Source: an uncultured candidate division Zixibacteria bacterium (lineage in GTDB: Bacteria > Zixibacteria > MSB-5A5 > GN15 > FEB-12). Taken from it: 64,000 nt of DNA. The position numbers and the translations under genes are program-made. Location: NCBI GenBank assembly GCA_963735035.1, contig CAVTJJ010000006.1:448001-512000 (forward strand), read 5' to 3'. Under the pieces are notes generated by a model. It was not told where the DNA came from. It made no database searches and worked only from the letters and a program-made list of their open reading frames with translations. Of this stretch, positions 59,934 to 64,000 are shown piece by piece (within the stretch, counting starts at the first letter, position 1; the number at the start of each line of letters is the position of its first letter).

Positions 59934-62714
59934 TTACAAACAGTTGTTCAGTCCGAGCGAAGAGCCGGTGATGAACAGGTAGTCGATCAGTATGGAAATG
60001 TCGCCGATCGTGATGTCATCACAGATCGGATTTGCGCCTCCGGACTGGTTGATGTCAGCTTCCGGCAAACAGTTGATTATACCGCTACACGAACCGGTAA
60101 TGAACTTGGCGTCAATCAACGCACTAACGTCGCCAATGGTCGGTTCATCTCCTCCCAGCGAATTGGCGTCTCCGACACGGCCGATACAACACGTCGTGCG
60201 TTCTGCCAGGACCAGCGGGTAAAGACCGTCGGTTTGTCCCGTAATGGTGTTCAGGATCGGATCGATACTTGTAGTAATATTCTCCCAGCTTCCGCCCCGG
60301 TAGGCCATCAGGACCAGGTCAGACTCGCCGGCTGTCAGGTCAGCCTCTGAATACGACAACGAGAACGTTATACTACCGATGCTATAGGCCGTAGTGGCGG
60401 GCTGATAGAATCGGGGAGAGGCAGCAGGAACAGGACCATAACCTATCGGCAAAGCCGGCCCAGAGGTCTCTACGTCGGCCCAGGTACTCCCTTTACCGCC
60501 ACACGTGGAGAACTTGACGCTTAGATTATTAGAAACGTTGACCGTTTCGTTGAGACCTTCGTCAGTGTTCCCCACCCAGAAGTCATCGACATACCAGCCT
60601 TCCGCAGTCGCGCCGCCATCGGAGCCGAAACGGAACATCAATTGAATCGGGCCTGACCACGCCGACAGGTCAAACGTCGATTGAGCCCATCCAGTGCTTC
60701 CGGCGAAGAGTCCATTGGTTCCGTCAAAATTCAGCGACGAGCCGGTTTCTATCGTCGTCTTGGGATATCCGCCTATGGGGAACAACTTCGTCCAGCTCAC
60801 GCCGTCGGTCGAAACCATGAGGATACCGCCGTCCCACGCGGAGCCGACCGTAGACCCGCATTCCGAATAGATCCGATGCCAGAATGTCAGATTCGAACCG
60901 GGAGCAAGAAGAATCGGTTTGGTAACCAGACCGCCGTCCGAACCGTCGACATATTCGACCGCCCCTGGTCCACCCGCTTTCCAAGCATAGCCGCCGCCGT
61001 GTGTACGATACGTCTCACGATGCCACTGATCATTGAAACGATCCACCACGGCGCGATGGGACCATTGGTCTTCTCCCGATTCCGCGTCGTCGGAGAAGCC
61101 GTGGGCGTTACCAACCCTGATAGCAAGAGGATAGTCTGCCGAGAAGCCGCCTTCCTCTTGAAGGCGCACGGTCAGGTTGATCATATATGGAACCGGACAC
61201 GACGGATCTATCAGTATGCTGGCGGGGGTTGTGACCGTATCAATCTGGCCGTGACTCAAGCTTGCCTTGAGCGATGTCGTAGCTACCGGGACCGTCACAT
61301 AAGGATCGGTGCTCAACAGCGTGACACTGGCGTTGTTGACTGCCCAGCCAAGATTTCGGACCACGGAACGGATGTTGACTGATTCACCCGGCTCGGCGTA
61401 AGCATCGCCGTCGCCCTGAGGCTCAACTATACTGCCTTTGTATGACATGTAAGCGCTGGCCTCGGGCTTGATATTGATAACCATGTTTTCCATGGCCGAC
61501 GGGCAAATGCCTCCGGACACCCATGAACATGACAGGTGATCTAGTACATACCACGCGGTGTTCCCCTGGCCCCAGCCATAGTTCATATGGAATTCATAAG
61601 TTACGCCGTCCGTGCGCCATCCGTCGCAGACGATCTCATGTGAGTGAATGCCGTACCAGATCGGACGACCGGCGTTGATTTCCTGCTGGATCACGCTGAA
61701 CCATCCGGCCAGATCGTAGTTCTTTCGACAAATAAGGGACAGTGACCAGTCATACTTGAAGTAGTAGGGGATGGCAAAGAGTCCGATAGATTGCGCGGCG
61801 CCCGAAGCACAGGAACCGTATGCCATATCCAGAGCAACGCCGGTTTCATAGCACAGTTCTGCCAGAGCCGCCTGCTGGGTGCCATTGCAGCCCAGGCCGT
61901 CGTCACAGCTATCACGCATGCCGGCCCAGTCATAAGGGTCAGAGAAGTCAGCCGTCAGAGTTTGAGGAGGAGTAGGCGTCCCGCCGCAACTGTTGTCGCC
62001 CGGCCAATAATAGGAGTGGCTGCCAAAACCAGCGTCGGGCCACTTCCAGAAATACATCAATTGGGATAAGGCTGTGGCCACGCATCCCACGACCGTGCGT
62101 CCGCTCTGCCCGCTGGGACAGTAGTTGTTGTAAGGGGCGCTCTGATGCCAGGAAGTAGTCAATAGTGGTCCGGCCGCATCGAGCGAAAGAGAAGCATCCA
62201 TCCGATAATCTTTTGACGACACTGCCATCTGATTCCAAAGCGAACGGTCCTTCGATCCAAACATACCGGCATCGCCCGCGGGTTGGCTATTCGACGCGCT
62301 ACCGTACGTGGCCACGAACGCGGTATACTGAGCGTAGAGCTGATCTCTCAAGAGCGCCACGATACCGCCGTTGTCAGAACCGTCGAGATGTCCTGTCGTA
62401 TTGTAGGCCTTGACGGGCGGCATTTCCATGAGCACCGGAACGATTACGAAACCGTCGGGCTGTATATTGTAGTACCGGGCCAACACGACCCCGTCCTTTT
62501 CGATTAGGCCGCTCTCGGCGATCACTGGAGTGAGACTTTCGCCCCAGGCGCCCTGGCGAGCTATCGAGCGGGTAAGCCAGTTGGCACAGACGTCCTGCAT
62601 CTGTTGTGTGGTTGCCACTTCAGCCCAGGCCGAGGCGGAGGAGAGAACGAGGACGAGTAGGGCGATTATGGTCGACCGTCCGGAGAGACGGCGGCTTGGT
62701 TCAAAGATGCGCAT
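59934..62714 (-). CDS. C10 (streptopain-like) cysteine protease with prodomain, beta-sandwich domains and dockerin-like tail
   Basis: PLLTTSWHQSAPYN, GCVATALSQ, HEIVCDG, FHMNYGWG; GWYVDD; CCIGRVGDAN tail. Confidence 0.92.
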   Translation of the reverse strand: MRIFEPSRRLSGRSTIIALLVLVLSSASAWAEVATTQQMQDVCANWLTRSIARQGAWGESLTPVIAESGLIEKDGVVLARYYNIQPDGFVIVPVLMEMPPVKAYNTTGHLDGSDNGGIVALLRDQLYAQYTAFVATYGSASNSQPAGDAGMFGSKDRSLWNQMAVSSKDYRMDASLSLDAAGPLLTTSWHQSAPYNNYCPSGQSGRTVVGCVATALSQLMYFWKWPDAGFGSHSYYWPGDNSCGGTPTPPQTLTADFSDPYDWAGMRDSCDDGLGCNGTQQAALAELCYETGVALDMAYGSCASGAAQSIGLFAIPYYFKYDWSLSLICRKNYDLAGWFSVIQQEINAGRPIWYGIHSHEIVCDGWRTDGVTYEFHMNYGWGQGNTAWYVLDHLSCSWVSGGICPSAMENMVINIKPEASAYMSYKGSIVEPQGDGDAYAEPGESVNIRSVVRNLGWAVNNASVTLLSTDPYVTVPVATTSLKASLSHGQIDTVTTPASILIDPSCPVPYMINLTVRLQEEGGFSADYPLAIRVGNAHGFSDDAESGEDQWSHRAVVDRFNDQWHRETYRTHGGGYAWKAGGPGAVEYVDGSDGGLVTKPILLAPGSNLTFWHRIYSECGSTVGSAWDGGILMVSTDGVSWTKLFPIGGYPKTTIETGSSLNFDGTNGLFAGSTGWAQSTFDLSAWSGPIQLMFRFGSDGGATAEGWYVDDFWVGNTDEGLNETVNVSNNLSVKFSTCGGKGSTWADVETSGPALPIGYGPVPAASPRFYQPATTAYSIGSITFSLSYSEADLTAGESDLVLMAYRGGSWENITTSIDPILNTITGQTDGLYPLVLAERTTCCIGRVGDANSLGGDEPTIGDVSALIDAKFITGSCSGIINCLPEADINQSGGANPICDDITIGDISILIDYLFITGSSLGLNNCL

Positions 62715-62976
62715 GAAAGGTTTCCTTATGTCGAAAGCGGGACTTCATGTAGTCTACTCAGTAAGTACAGCCTTAAATATAAGCTCTTTTGGCTCGTTCG
62801 GGGGGCTTAATATAGGGAGTCCTGGTTTCTCTTAAGGATTTGGTCGGATTTGCGGAGGTTGGGGGAGAGGGTCTGCAAATAATAATGGCGGCCGGTGTTG
62901 GGACGAGTCGGGGAAGTCGATAGACTACAGGGGGATGGGAGTCGCGAATTTTTTTTCGAATTTTATGAGAATCCCC

Positions 62977-63005
62977 TTGACATGGTCACAGGGGTTCCGT
63001 ATCCT
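62977..63005 (+). promoter_or_regulatory. rRNA operon promoter
   Basis: TTGACA-17-TATCCT preceded by an AT-rich UP-like tract. Confidence 0.8.
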
Positions 63006-63054
63006 GTCCGTCTGCCAGGTATGTTAATTTACATGTCAGGCGGTTTTTTTTCGC

Positions 63055-63066
63055 TGTTCTTTGACA
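63055..63066 (+). promoter_or_regulatory. rrn antitermination boxA
   Basis: TGTTCTTTGACA in the rRNA leader (E. coli boxA is TGCTCTTTAACA). Confidence 0.75.
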
Positions 63067-63220
63067 ACTGAATAGCCACGCTGAAGACAAGAAATTGGTC
63101 TTGTTTTCATGTCGCGGGTCCTAAATTTCGAAAGATTTTTGAGACCTTTCTAAAGTAAACCAAACGCGAATGCGTCGTTCGTGTTTTTCGGATCACTATG
63201 TATATATCGTATTTTTGATA

Positions 63221-64000
<780 letters not shown>

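Overview
Bacterial chromosomal window. Gene content resembles candidate phylum Zixibacteria or a related FCB-group lineage (FlgD/T9SS-type C-terminal domains plus Cys-framed dockerin-like tails); this is inferred from gene content, not from a 16S search. 1-26 kb is a Wzx/Wzy surface-polysaccharide (O-antigen-like) locus: rmlA/D/C, pseB-C-G-H-I, pseA-hisH-hisF-like amidotransferase genes, an SpsF-type cytidylyltransferase, wzx, wzy, wzz, glycosyltransferases and a waaL-like ligase. 26-37 kb is housekeeping: tRNA-Tyr, MATE, HD-GYP, glgP, pfkA, a beta-CASP nuclease, LOG and a nitroreductase. 37-63 kb is a cluster of large secreted proteins including five proteases. Four of these secreted proteins end in the same dockerin-like module and two of them also carry a cohesin-like domain, suggesting a cellulosome-like proteolytic assembly. 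Features missed or truncated by the ORF track: a UGA-containing HesB/IscA-like selenoprotein with a SECIS-like hairpin, a tRNA-His lacking encoded G-1 (G1-U72, A73), and an inverted REP-like hairpin pair. The window ends in the promoter and 5' part of a 16S rRNA gene. Ten frame breaks in five genes are all +1 and are most likely assembly errors.
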